DNA of 64,000 bases from Phoronis australis. Taxonomy: Eukaryota; Animalia; Phoronida. Below the pieces are notes generated by a model. That model worked only from the letters and a program-made list of their open reading frames with translations, was not told the DNA's origin and did no database searches. The number at the start of each line of letters is the position of its first letter. Position 1 is the first letter of the stretch. The position numbers and the translations under genes are program-made. Positions 35,801 to 49,076 of this stretch are shown one piece after another. The stretch spans positions 1 to 64,000 of the forward strand of contig NMRA01000176.1 of the NCBI GenBank assembly GCA_002633005.1, read 5' to 3'.

Positions 35801-38800
35801 ATTGAGTACTGTTTCAAAAAATTGTAAGTCTTGCTACAGCTGAGCACAGAAGAATTATTCAGCGATTTTAGGACTGAAACTGAACCAAATCTTGAGTGGT
35901 GAGGTGCAGAACTCGGGGATGGGGTGGGGGGGGGGGGCGATACAAGCATGACATTTTTAGTTTGGTGCCGTATTTGCCAGGTGTCATTCAGTGTCACTTA
36001 CTACCTAAGGTGGCCAGATCATGTGCTATAACTGACACCACCACCATCAGATGCTATGCTTCTCAAAAAGTGCACCTTGGTGTATTTTCTTTCATTTTTT
36101 CGACATCGCAATCGCTTTACCAAAGTTTGACGCATAAGTGCTGCATAGAGACAAATACCTCTTCACCACGTATTCACATCTTCCCGTTCAAAATTGTTTT
36201 ATTTTTAATTTGTCAATATGTTTTTGACAGAAAATATCTATTTTTGGAACAATGTCAACGGTAACTGATACATGTAAATAGCGCAGATTTTAATGTCACC
36301 GATGCATGAAAATGAAATGCGCAAAGCTAGAATTGGTTGACCTGAGCCTCAACAGTGGTCTAATTACATGTTTGATGTCACTGTCTAAGTTTGTGGAAAT
36401 CGTAACCATATGATTTCCAAGTTTGAGCCTTCCAAGTCCGTGGGTTTAGGGCATACCAGCAGGACCGTGTATTTCCCATCTTTACTTCAAGGGTTAACTC
36501 TATGAAAATAAAATCCCTGTAGTAAGAGCTCTTCGGTGCAACAACTCACTCACTGTCCCATCATCATTGGCGCATGATAGGAGACCCATGAAGAAAAGAA
36601 ATGCAAAAAGTTGCAGTTCGGCAAAACATAAACAAAAACGAGTGTGGGCGAAGACTGTCAAAAATAGCTGCGTTTACAAAATGACTACGGCGTTGTATTG
36701 ACCGGGAAGCAGACAATCTAATGCACCTTGTTAGCGTTAATGTAACGAAAACTTTCACGTTTTGTTATCCAAAACTTGTTGCATTGTTCATAATCCAATT
36801 TTCAGTACTGCTTTCGTTCAACCTTCGAATTAGTGGGGTTACACAACCGAAGTGAACTCATGTAATAGAGACATAGTAAAACTAGGTTTATTTGTCCCTG
36901 TGCCAAGACGAATATGCATCGGCACTCAAAGCGGTATCAGTCTGACAACCTATTACGCAACTGCTACTCTAGCCTAAAAATAGCAGCCGACCAGCGCATC
37001 GGCTGATGGCCAGTTGGCAGTTAAGGTGTGCAGTATAGTGGGCTAGGAGGTCGCCTTATGAGTCAGCACTATGGCCGGCTGCCAGTCGGCTAATTTGCCG
37101 ACCAGTCAATGGCCGGTCGTCGACTCCTAGCCGACCGGTTGAACCGAAATTTGTGATGTGTGCTGTAGATGCATGGCAGTGTGTTCATTCAGAAAAGGGC
37201 TATTTAGAGAGCATGCTAGCACGTTGTTTTAGGAAAATTGGACACCAATGACAGGAATGAAGTGATTTTGAAACACAAAACAAGTTTGTACAAAACACGC
37301 ACAACTGCATGGACACCGATGTGGCAACTTACCCCACCTCTTTGGGGTAGTTTTAAATGAATATAAACCCGCCTTCTGTCACAAAAAAACAATTTTTGGT
37401 TTAGACCACTTACCATGATTACGAAATTTATCTCAAATTGCTGCTAAGTCAAACTAGTAATGATTCTAGCGCTTCGAAAGAACTGGAATATTCATATGAG
37501 ACCATACTATTGAAATTGGCTTGTCACAGCCCGTCAGTTTGTGCACGGTGCCATTGGTCTCAAGGAATAACATAAGTGTCAGGTCTGTACAGTACCAGGA
37601 ATCACATCTCTTGAAGCTGAGACCACTTTTATGGCGCTAACTGGACGTGTAAATCAAAATTTTTCATTTTGGACTGAACACGTGTTTATTATGTAGCTGT
37701 TTTGAAGTTGCAGCCGATCAACTTGCTCTGGTACAAGTGCTCATGTACAAATACCTCTTTGTCTACTTGGCCTGTTGCTATGCTTTGTGACATTTTTAAT
37801 CAATTGGTATGTTCCTCAGGGTAAAAAAGGGTCGACAGTTGTATGCTAACTGCAAATACCCGGTAGTCACATGCCATTTTGTATGAAATCTAACCTAGTT
37901 CTGCCATCTACTTGTAGCAACAAAAGTCCCTACAATCCGTTACCATGATTTTTTGTGTTGTAGGGTAATTTTCAGTAATTTTACTCAGAAATAATATTGC
38001 CAAGGGATTGTCATCAACATTTCAAAGGCTGACTAACAGTGTTTCAAATGAAAGAAATCATCAATGAATTTTTGTTTCATGAGAGCTACGAGTATGCGGC
38101 ACTGACTTAAAAATTTTCTGTATGATAATTTTATGTTTGTGCTTTTTTGTGTGCTTTGCCAAAACAGAGTGAAAAATTATGTCAGATCTCTCCCCGTGTT
38201 AAGCTTAAATTTCATTTCCAGACACCCCTGAGACTTACATACCAGACATTCCATGCTTTCCCGACATGGGCATCTACTGTCGAGATTGTGAGATTTACGT
38301 CCGCATAGAGCGAATTCAGGATCACCGTATGTATCACCGTGCCTTGCGAGAGATGCGATACAAGGGACCGAGCCGACCCGAGTCCCTGGAGGAACTTCAG
38401 AAGAGGCGGGCCGTCATCCTGAAGAAGATGAATAAACTAACAGGCGTCGCCACCAACAAGGAGACGCTGGACCCTCACCTCGTGCAGCGGATTAACCACG
38501 CCTATGAGCTTCTGAAGGCTGATCTTGAGGACACACAGGAGCACGAGCGTTCTGTTTTAGTTGCCGAAGATTACCAGCTTGTCGGACAGTCACTGCACTG
38601 TAGTCCAGAATGCGTGCTGGGTGTAGGAATGTGCAGCTACGACAACTCCCGCTGGAAAAGCCAAATGGAGGACACGAAGGTGTTTCAAGATTATTTTGGG
38701 AACGACGCCAAAAAGTGCTTCCTTGGTATCTATGATGGCCATCATGGGAAGTTCGCTGCCGACATTGCCGCTCACGAATTGCATCATGCACTTCTTAAGG

Positions 38801-41800
38801 AAATGATGGAGTTTGATAGGGACACCAAGTGTTCTTGTGCCTTCAATATGGCAGAACACAATGACATCACCAAGTACCAGATCAGTAGTCATTTGTTGAC
38901 AGCTGAAAACTCACCCAGTAAACGGTTAGTGCACACTGAAAGTGTCAATGACATTTTGCAAATTATGCACAAATGTGGCGACGAAGTTTATGACGCCGAT
39001 TTGATCACAGTCGATACCAACAAGATCGCAGAGATTGAAGCAATAAAGAAAGAGAGAAAGAGTCCTCGAGCAGCGAAAACGCTCGTTGGTGGACAAAACG
39101 AGTTTGCAGAAAATATGAAACTTGCCTTCAAGAAGTCATACTACAAAGTTGATAGGCTGTTGTCCTATGGGAAACATGAACACTCGCGAGTTAGGTGGAG
39201 TGGGTGTTCCGGGGTGACTGTCTGTTTGGTCGATAAGGCAGAAACTAATGCTGATGTCATGGCAACGGTTGAAGAATGTGACGATAATGGAGACGATGGA
39301 AGGAACAACCAGGAAACAATGATAGAAGAAAAAGAGAAAGACAAGGAAGATGACGAAAAGAAAATCAAACAGATTGGATGGTTATATGTGGCCAACGCAG
39401 GTGATGAAATGTTTTATTTAATATTTAAAATGCAGTAATAAAAAGCAATTTTAGCAATTTGATTTTTTATCCAAAATTAGTGAGATTTTGCCGCAATGAT
39501 TATATTGCATTTGTTTGTGTTGCATTTTTTCCAGTTGTTTAATATTTGATATTCTACTATGTGGCCGGACTGTGGTGTTTTTCCTTTTGTCTGTCTGCTG
39601 TTGTTTAAAAAAAATTTAGGACTTGGCCACATGACCAAGCAGGGTCAATGTTGCAATTTTCTTTACCACAGTGGGACTTTTTTCTGTAACCATCATGACA
39701 AGTTAATGAATTAACGAGACTTCAGAAAATCATTGGCTGGCTGGTTAGTCCTTCCAAAATGTAGTGGCTTCCATTCAGTTCCAACTGATACAGTGTTGCC
39801 TGTTGCATGTTGGGAATGGAAATTATACATGAATGCTAGTCAAGCATTGTTTTGTTGATATCAATGGTCAAAGGTCATATTTTCCATGAAAATGTGCTAC
39901 ATCCCCGTCTCGCCATGGCAAATAAGGAGACCTACTTTCCCTTGAGGGAGAAAAATTAAGGGATTGTCAAGCAGTTGACTGGTTGTTCTTTTTTTCACTT
40001 AAAATATAAAGAAAAATGCTTTGACTTAACAAAAACTCAAAATATTTAACGGTATTACAAACTGTAAAAATACCTGGAGAACAGGTTGAATTCTGTTTTA
40101 GTTTCATTGTCAGAGAATCACTTTGCATGGTGCAATTTAGTCTGTTCTTCACCTTCCAGGCTCCTTTTAGCAATGTAGTTTAGGTTTTTATTTCTTGATT
40201 TTGTGTTAAGTTTGATAATTGCTCATACCACCACAATCTATTTCAATTTGAAGTGTGTCATTTTGACGTAACTTTGTTAGCCATAAGTAGGACTTCTAGC
40301 AGCAGGAAGCATATCCAACAGGAGGAATTTGCACAATGCAGCTTATCATTGGAATCAAGCAGGGATCAGTATAATTGAGAGACATCCCCTCCTCTAGACA
40401 ACATTTATTGAATACACAATAATGTGTATAAAAATTTTTGACGATATTTGCGTTCTGTATTTTTGACAGTTGTTCTCAGCATAACAATAAAGCAGACGGC
40501 CAAGAGACATAAGAAAACTAAATTAATTAAAACGACAGCTGTATTTTGAGGGGGTTGTCTCATTCTCAGGCGAAAATACAAAAGCCACTGGGTTACAAGT
40601 CTTAGAATATGTGTCCCACTCGGATGCAAGCCCCATAGCAGTGCTGAAGTAGACACATGCCAGGTGCGGCACCCCCTTGTGAGCTGCTCATTCACCCCAG
40701 GATTTTGGCTTGTAATCGTCAAGCTGGTGTGTTTTGTTTTTTATAGGTGACTGTCAGGCTGTGCTGGTGAGGGCTAACCATGCGTACAGAGTGTCTAAAG
40801 ACCACTCCTTGAAGAACCTGAAGGAAAAGGCTAGAATAGAAAAATTAGGTAGGGGGAATGTTTCAGGTAATTGCAAAACGGATTCAACACAACTGTGTGA
40901 TATTCAATTCTTGTTAATGGTCAGTATTGTATGTTCGAAAACTGGTGTCTGCTTCTGTTTCAAAATGGGGTGAAAAGTTCATGACTAGCAAAGAGATGCG
41001 TCATTCATGAACAAATGTGGCCAAGAGGTATTTTTGTTGGCTCTAAAAACTTATAGACAAACAGTCATTGACAAGTAGTAGTTGGTTGTGTCACCGAATT
41101 TCAAAGTATATTCAATGGCTGCAGTCTTAAGTCTATGGGCCTGTTTGGAGAACCTATGGGCCATGTTAGTATTTTGTCCTTTTTCACTTCCAGTTTTAAT
41201 GGGCCCTTTCGCCAGAATTCAGCAGTCACAGTGCATTTAGCAAAATTATCCCCGAGTACAAGACAAAAGTAATGAGACAACATACGGTATCGTTTTCTTG
41301 ATGGCTAAACAATGTGCCCAGCAAAAATGTCTGGTGATAACTAGTAGAGTGTAGCAATTTTAATCCCAAAATGATTTAGCCATCTTGCTAACTTTCTTGT
41401 TATTTCCTCTTCATTTCATAGTCATGAGGGGAGACTACTTTGATGATGAATTCGGCTTCTTCCCACATGTCATGACAACAAGTTCCGGGTCACTTTGCTT
41501 GATTACTTTTGACTAGTCTTGTACTGTACGTCATTTTTCCAGGTGAACATACAGTGGGTTTAAAATACGTTTCCTGGCCCAATTTAGAGCTGATTCTCAG
41601 TTGTGTTGGCAGGGAGTGGGTAAACTGAAACTTGCGCATCAGGTCACAAAGTTAATTGGGGTTTTGGCTTGAATTTTCTTCACCTGTACTTAGGTCCCTC
41701 ATTTGTACAAATTAGGATAGGGGTCATTAGTCTAAGCATGGACAGCATGTAGGGATATATGATGTCATAAGCCGTACGTGTATGGTAATTATTTTGATCG

Positions 41801-44800
41801 TCAAGGTGGATTTGCCAGCCAGAGTGAGCGGCAACTACGCGTGAATGGCCTCCTCACTGCCACGCGTGGTTTGGGTAACCACGGCGACCCCAAACTAAAG
41901 TCGTTGATCTCCAGCGAGGCTCAATGCACGTGCGTGCCCATAGATCAGTACGCTCAGTTCTTGATCATTGCCAGCAATGGATTGTGGGAAATTTTCTCCC
42001 CTGAAGAGGCTGCAGACTTGATCTCCCAGGTAAGGCAGCTGGAAATGATGAGTCTTAAACTCACTCGACACTCGTGTTGGTAGTTTTTGTGATTAGCTTC
42101 TGATTGATTGCTAACATGGGTATGTACATTGTATTAAAGTGTGTACACGTCCTCGTTCTGTCAAGAAGACAATTTTCTTATGTAGACCACTTTATAATAT
42201 ACTGGTCTCAAGTTATGCCTAATCAGATGAGAAAACTATCATGGTTTCTGATTTGCTTTTGCTCGATTGAAAGACTGGCTCGTGAAATGGCGCTCCGCGA
42301 CAAGCCAACTCGTAAAAGCTGATCTCAAACAATAACAAATTTTCAATTAGAAATGACCTCAATCTGCTTATATTACGAGCCAATTTGAGGCCGAATTTGT
42401 ATGTAATGACAACCGGTCTAAATGAAAAAAGAAGTTTTTGTGACTGAATTGTCGGGTTTACAACTACTGTGAATTGGACTGAACACATGTTTGTATTTGA
42501 ACACTATTTTTCATGAAAAGTGCTGTCACAGTTACGAAATCTCTCAAAAACACTATGGCTTGAGTAAAATATAACAAATGACAAGAACTGACTTTTCATT
42601 CTAATTTTGTTAACAATGCAGTCGAGAGCATGAAGTACTGCAGACAAAATTTTCCTGTTACCTGCGTGTTACAGTAATGACTTACAAGACTTAGTTTACA
42701 ACATTTATCTAAAGGGCGGTTGTAACCATTTTTACAGCCAAAAAGCCCTTGGGATTGTTGCTGACTGGTATAGTCTTGTCTGACACGTCTATTGAAATAA
42801 AATTATACTAAAATTAATCATTTATTGCTAAGCTGGAAATTGTTTGCAATCTACCCTGAGCAGTTGTTTAATTGTCTTGTTTCGCTGTATTTTTATAAAG
42901 TTCCTGCGTGCCATGAAGAAGGTAAGCCTATACCCCAAAATTCACTGAACACTGGATCACTTTCTACTAACCCTAGGTAACAGTTGTAGAAACTGGGGCA
43001 TCAACACAGTTTTCTCTCGGCCCTGCTGAAGTCATACTACAGAAATTTCATAGAAACTGGTTTCTAAATTGTAGGTTGGCCTGTTTTTTACTGTGTCTTA
43101 TTCACAGAACCCGTGGACAAGCCTGGAAAGTGGAGTGGCAAATTTAGTCTTGATGTTGCCTGAATAAGGCTCTGATTTGAACGATGCGGTTATCATAAAG
43201 TCATTATTTTTTAATTTGCCAGTGACAACTGCTGCGTTTTTGTTGCAATCACACTCAAACAGGTTAGAGTCCATTGAAATGTTAGACTGAGGATTGCTGA
43301 TAGTGAAGCCCCAGTCTCACAGACATGTGGCACAAGTGTAGGTCGTTCATATCCAGGCCTTCCTTTACAGGTGAATCAGACACCCAGTTGGTTCGTCTGA
43401 TTTGGTCTGCATCAACATTTGGCCCTGTTCGTACTGTCAGGTTCTTCAACCAGCTTCAAAACCACTTTAAATTTTACAGTCATAAATTCTGCAGTCATGA
43501 ATTTTGCATTCATTCTGTGACTGTTGGCTCTAAGAATTGTGTCTGTAATAGGTAACCATTGGTTTGGATAAATTTCAAGCGTAGAGATTTTCTATTTCCC
43601 CATCATTGGCCAAGGATGAAGCAGCAACCATCAATTAAAGCGGCAATATTGCTTCCTATACTGCAACAGTTTTAAATTCTTGCTGTCTGATGAAACACTT
43701 TGTGTTTTAAGTTAAGACAAAGAACGTCGTGGTTGACTCTCTATTCGTGTGCAAAGATAATAACTACATTACATGTGGTCCGTAAGACTAGACTTAGGTA
43801 CGCGTATACAACATCTGAGAAGATATCATCACTGTAATTGCTCTAGCTTTGGCTTTGTTTCATCTCGTCTGCATTCTAGTCCCCCCTTGGACATTGACTT
43901 CCAACCCAAGGTATTGCTATGAATTTTCTATTCGGCACGACATACACGACACCCAGCTGACGTGCAGCTTTGTATTTAGCTTTACCCGCCTTTTCTGAAA
44001 AGCTGAACAAACCTGTAGAAAAATCCAAGTTCGCTTGGCACACACATAACAAATCTAACCATCACATGTTAGGATAGTTTACTGGCACCTTAAAGCATGA
44101 CACCCACAGCCCATGCACCACACATGTCCTAACCTCAGCATGACTCCACAATACAGCTTCTGATGTGACGAAGATGCATGACAGCGCATCGATGTCTTAC
44201 ACGTCTTCTGATTTCTATCAGTCACTCACTGCACTAGTATTTTTATAGTTCACTGTGTCGAGTTACCCATGTCTATAATGTGCATTTAATTAGCTTTTTA
44301 GTCCAATTCATTATTTGTAATGCACTGTGATTACATGTGATTTCTAGATTACAATTTGAATGATAAAGCTTAGCTGAGTAAAAAATGAAAACCGAATTGG
44401 GCGTTAATGCTCATAATTTTGATTCCAAAGTATTCCTTACCGTAGCGGGATTCTATTTCCGTTACCAACAAAAACATCAAACCCGTGTCTGAGCAACTCG
44501 AATTTGGAGTTTATAAGATTTGACCTGAATTCTAAAATTTCAAGTTCAAAAATGGTGCATGACTGTAGCTTGAATTGGTTACAGCAATGGAGTTTTGTCA
44601 CAGTAAGGAATATTTATCAGACCGATTTTATAGGAGTGAAAATCCTAACTTTAGTTCCCTTTCTTAGCCAGGTGAACATAGCTGAATGTAGCTACTGTTA
44701 CAGACATTCTTTCTCATTCGTATAATTCTTTAGTTATTGTGAACTTAAGAGCTGTATCAAATTTTTATTCACAAGGAATTAGTAGTTTACGATTAAGCTA

Positions 44801-46482
44801 AGTTATTACCCAAATTTCTTCGGAATCATTTGAGAACGACAGTTCACTTTTCTACTACTGTGTGCTAAATAGGAAAGTTCTTGCAGTTTCACCGTCTCTT
44901 CCTACTACTTCAGTATTGTGTCAGTCATCAGCTTCATCATTGTCCCCTTGACTCCCAGATTTCATATTTCAGAGTGCAGTTATTCCCCTCTTTGGAAATC
45001 TACATTTCACAATTAGTGTTGTTCTTTCTCTTCTGCTTTTACACCAGACATGCTGGGCTTTTTGGGAAATGTATGATTTAAGTGGCAGTAAAGCCACCGA
45101 AAGTGAACTTTGGTTTAGACCATTTATTGCAGTTGTGATACTGACCTCAACTTGTTACTTACTTAGGTGAGAAGTTACTTTTGGTCATGCAACGAAGTGA
45201 CATGTTTGCTCGAAAACTTTCTCGGTGAACAAAATCATGGCATGGCATGACAAGCCAACTTGTAGACCGATGCCAGTTCTTTCCAAGTACAGAAATCACA
45301 TTCTGTAAATTGACTTAACAAAGGAACAGTTTGCATGGCCTCTATTAAAAGTTAGCTTTTGTGATTGAAGCATGGTTTATGACAGCTGCGAGTTTGGATT
45401 AATTGATGGATGACACTATGCAAGCCGGTGGTATATTTGGTTTGAAACAAGCAATTGAAATTTTGTCACTTGCTTTATCAATCTAATCACTTCAATTGAA
45501 AATTTTTCATTCATCTACAATTAATAAAGAGGGAATTTTGGTAATCATGTGTTGTCACTTTGTTTATTTTCCGTAGCATTCATTCATTGTTTTCACAGTG
45601 TGTGTCCCCTGACTGGAAGGGCACTCTGAGAGTTTTCGGCTAGTTTATGAACATGTTGGTGTGGTTGGCGTTCATTTGCTTTTCTAATTGAATCAGTCAA
45701 CTGGAATTTGAATACCTAAAAGGAATTGCTTCATTTCGTGCTGTTTTCAACTGTCGGACTATTTGTGTCTAACAATCAGTTGCTCATAAACCCAGTCGTG
45801 CTTGCAAAAACTAGCTTACAGTCTCAGAATGGTGATATTGTTTTATTTTTAGATGCTTCCAAGTAATCAGATTCCACCGCCAAATGTCGCTTCAAGCTGT
45901 CTTGGCAGCTTCATCTCCCGCTACAATCAGCACGTACAGAATGCTGAAGCCACAAGCCTACACAGTGATCAGCGTTTGCAGAGTCCAATCTATGAGGAGG
46001 GTGAAGACGAATCTCCAAGGAATGTTTCCATGACGATGGATCCAGGTGACAAACTGTCCTCACTGGATGGCTCGGATAAAGTCGACAATGAAAATTTACC
46101 TTTGAACGCCTCAGAAAGTGTTACGCGCCTTCCGAGTGCCCTCCGGTCATCTTCAAAGGGTGAAGAAAATGTACAGAAAGATGGCAGGCGGTTGAGCTTT
46201 GCCGACGATGTGCAGGAAACTAAGCATTGTGAGAGTTTCTGCGAAACTGCCAGTCAAACATCAGCGCATGAATCTGGCCATGAGGCTGATGTAGACACAA
46301 ACACAGACTTCATGTCTTTCCGAGGACCCGAGAGTCCGGATAATTGCTTGCTGACGCACGCCGACCTACAGCGAGAGTTTGCTCAGAATATGTCCACGCG
46401 TCTAGTGCATGCCGCCTTAATCGCTGGTGCATGCAACAACATCACTTGCATGGTAGTCTTGTTTCCTGGTAGTGAGGTATGA
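32763..46482 (+). CDS. PP2D1: Protein phosphatase 2C-like domain-containing protein 1 (exons 32763-32823, 38222-39400, 40747-40848, 41806-42029, 45853-46482; ~731 aa)
   Basis: PP2C motifs MED, GIYDGHHG, SGCSG, LYVANAGDCQAVL, KDH, RVNGLLTATRGLGNHGD, FLIIASNGLWE, NITCMVV; N-terminal CxxC..HxxxH. The LGNHG/NGLWE variants fit PP2D1. All splice phases are compatible; the first exon is tentative. Confidence 0.85.
33046..37165. mobile_element. 4.1-kb non-autonomous TIR DNA transposon, TA target duplication, in a PP2D1 intron
   Basis: ta|CAGCACACATCACAAATTT...AAATTTGTGATGTGTGCTG|ta: 19-bp perfect TIR plus GC-rich subterminal repeats (ggtcg/cgacc) at both ends; no transposase ORF seen. Confidence 0.85.
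38222..39400 (+). CDS. PP2D1: PP2D1 large exon
   Basis: tttccag| acceptor; 390-aa ORF; donor GCA G|GTGAT. Confidence 0.92.
40747..40848 (+). CDS. PP2D1: PP2D1 exon (GDCQAVLVR...RIEKL)
   Basis: tttatag| acceptor; donor at 40848 (alternative same-phase donor 40866). Confidence 0.85.
41806..42029 (+). CDS. PP2D1: PP2D1 exon (GGFAS...RVNG...LISQ)
   Basis: tcaag| acceptor, CAG|GTAAGG donor, PP2C motifs. Confidence 0.88.
45853..46482 (+). CDS. PP2D1: PP2D1 terminal exon
   Basis: tttttag| acceptor; ends LVHAALIAGACNNITCMVVLFPGSEV*. Confidence 0.9.
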   Translation: MLPSNQIPPPNVASSCLGSFISRYNQHVQNAEATSLHSDQRLQSPIYEEGEDESPRNVSMTMDPGDKLSSLDGSDKVDNENLPLNASESVTRLPSALRSSSKGEENVQKDGRRLSFADDVQETKHCESFCETASQTSAHESGHEADVDTNTDFMSFRGPESPDNCLLTHADLQREFAQNMSTRLVHAALIAGACNNITCMVVLFPGSEV

Positions 46483-47774
46483 GCTCAACGTAAACTTTTG
46501 GTCATGTTCACATGTCTGCCTGTGCTGTTGTACACAACAATGAAAGTCACTCATTGAGTAAAGTTTTGCCCAGAGGCCTGTTTTATCAAAGGTTGTCAAT
46601 CATGTCTTGGCTACGGTGGTTGTAACTTGGATTTCAACTTACATACTGTTCATCACTCGTGGAGGCGATCATTAAGTCCGAAATTGGAATTTTATCAATT
46701 TTGTGTCGGATGCAAAGTTTTAACTTTTTTTTCTACATAATGCATCGTCGCATTTGCAACCTTGAGCCCACGGCTGTATTAGTTGTGACTACACTTTAAC
46801 CTTTGATTAAACAGGCCCCACCTGAGAAGTGACTGTAGTTAAAACCACCCTGACGTGGGACGTACATGATCGTGGTAATCAAAAGTTAAATGCCTTGTGA
46901 GAACTGTGTGGGAAGAGTGTGTTGCTATGTCAGTTCAAATTTTGGTACGTTTAAAAATTAGGCACAACCTGATCTTTGAGATGAGAAATTTATGTGAATA
47001 AGTCCTGAAATACACGTGACTACTACGGGCAATGATTGCCACTGCACGCCATGGTGTCAATGTTCCCATATTGACCCTTATGGAGGCATGCACAATACGT
47101 ATTCCTTTTCTGTCACAGCATGCCATTGCTGTCAGTGTGAAATTTATGCACAAATAAATGAGAAAATACAGTGCTAACAAAAATGTTGAACTGGCACGTT
47201 TTGCCTTGCCAAATTGTGCTTTCCAAAGTATCATGCAAGTGTCAAGGTGGTTTAAGTGGAACTTGCACGCTAATTGACCTATCTCAAGCTCCGCCCCCTT
47301 GCCAACAGTCGACAAACAAACAATAAGTTTTACCTGAGAAGATGTTGTTTGCTGGGTAAAAAGGCGGCGAAGGTGTGTCAAGAATGCTGAGTTCTGATTG
47401 GTCACTTAAGCCATCTCTCAAAATCCAGATGTTTGGTCAATTCCTTATCTCTCTAATTGTTTGGTCAAATTAGTTAGAACACAAAGATGTGAATATGAGG
47501 TACGTTAAAAATTGCCAAATGTTTTTTAAGAGCAAGTTTAGTGTCAAAAATAATGTTAGGTAATAACACAGTATGATGCAGGCTATGTGAGTCGCAAGGT
47601 ACGTCATTAGTGCAAAGGTCACCTATTTGGCATGCATATTTTTTAGTTTTTTACATTACAGGTTGTCATTGAATATGACTGCACTTTGTTTAGCGTAGAT
47701 GAGGTTCAAATATCATTGTTGATTAGTTCCTGCTATACATTAGCATAGTTAGGAGCATGCAAAGACGTCTTTAA

Positions 47775-48274
47775 AGAGGCCTGGAATGTGATGACTAAAT
47801 TGCTATATTCAAAGTTTATCTCTGCCACTAAAACAGAATTCAAACTGCTCACCAGGTATTTATAAGGTTTGTTATTCATAAGCATTTTTCAAAAAAATTC
47901 TGTTGATATCAAAGCATTGTCTTTTAGTTTCAAATTTCCAAAAAAATGATTTGTCATCTGCTTGCCACTTCATCAATTTTTCTCCCATAAGACAAAGTAT
48001 GACTTATTTGGCATGGCAAGACATAGACCTTTGACCTCAAGCGACTTAAAGCAACTGCCTGTGAGTGCATTTATTATAAGTGGGAGGGAGATTAGAAACT
48101 CTGTGGTAACCACAGAGTTTTTCCTCGCGCATATTTCGAAAATCATGGATTTTCTGATTTTTTCTGGAATTGTCATCACCGGGGAAAGTGACTTAGTCTG
48201 TTGTTGCGAGATGGTACATTTGTCAGGAATTGTTTAAAAGGTATTTTTGACGAGTTTTTGAGGTCCATGCCTCT
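47775..48274. mobile_element. TTAA-flanked non-autonomous element (Kolobok-like)
   Basis: ttaa|AGAGGCCTGGA...TCCATGCCTCT|ttaa; second copy at ~25.6-26.1 kb. Confidence 0.8.
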
Positions 48275-48788
48275 TTAAGGCTTGTCGCAATATTTTCAAC
48301 TTGTTCTTCTCTGATCAGAGACCAGAAGTCATCTTGCCGCTTGAAAACATGAGCTAACATACCTTACGCTACTTTAGGAGGGGTGTGCATGTGGTACTGC
48401 AATACTGTGATAAATAACATACATGTAGTGGTAAAGCTAGATCTGGGCTGGGCTTCGTAAAACTTGTCTGCTGGGTAACTTTGATTGTTCCATAATGTAA
48501 AGTGTTCTGTTCAACATTATCAGTGTGATGTGTGATGATGTGATATCATTGTTGCTATCCAGTGTATGACGTTCATGCTGCCGAGTCCAGATAAGCAGTT
48601 GTAAGTCATATTTTAGATGTACCGAATCTACCCCTGCCACTTTTTAACCCACTTGTTACCAAGTTTTAATGAATTCTTATAGTTGTGTAAAAGTTCAGTG
48701 GGGCAATTGAAATATATTGTTTTCGAAAGTTAATTGTAATTGCTTTTAATTTCTGCATTTTCGAATGCGGTCAATTGAAATTTCAGAC

Positions 48789-49076
48789 TGGTGCTGCGTT
48801 CCATAGAGCAATAGCATGCTTGGAAGAAAATTGAGATTATGCGTGACTATAATTCTAGGAGTGAAAGACATAATGTTTGTGGAGTACCTTATTGACTAGT
48901 AGGTCGCCACGCACAAAAACAGTTATCCCTTCCTGCCGCCACTGAAGTGATTAGTAGGAAAAGCTTGAATTTTTAATTTTGGGTTAAACTTCACAGCTTC
49001 CGAACTATAATCAATTAGTTTTCTTGCCACATGTAATCCGACTTGCGACTGTCTTGCGTTATGGAACACAGCCCAG
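48789..49076. mobile_element. Harbinger-like MITE
   Basis: Inverted termini ctggtgctgcgttccata ... tatggaacacagcccag. Confidence 0.55.

Noticed and set aside
38492-39395. Antisense ORFs over the PP2D1 exon (similar ones over EFHB, Rab5 and Gypsy)
   Set aside because: Shadow frames of real coding sequence.
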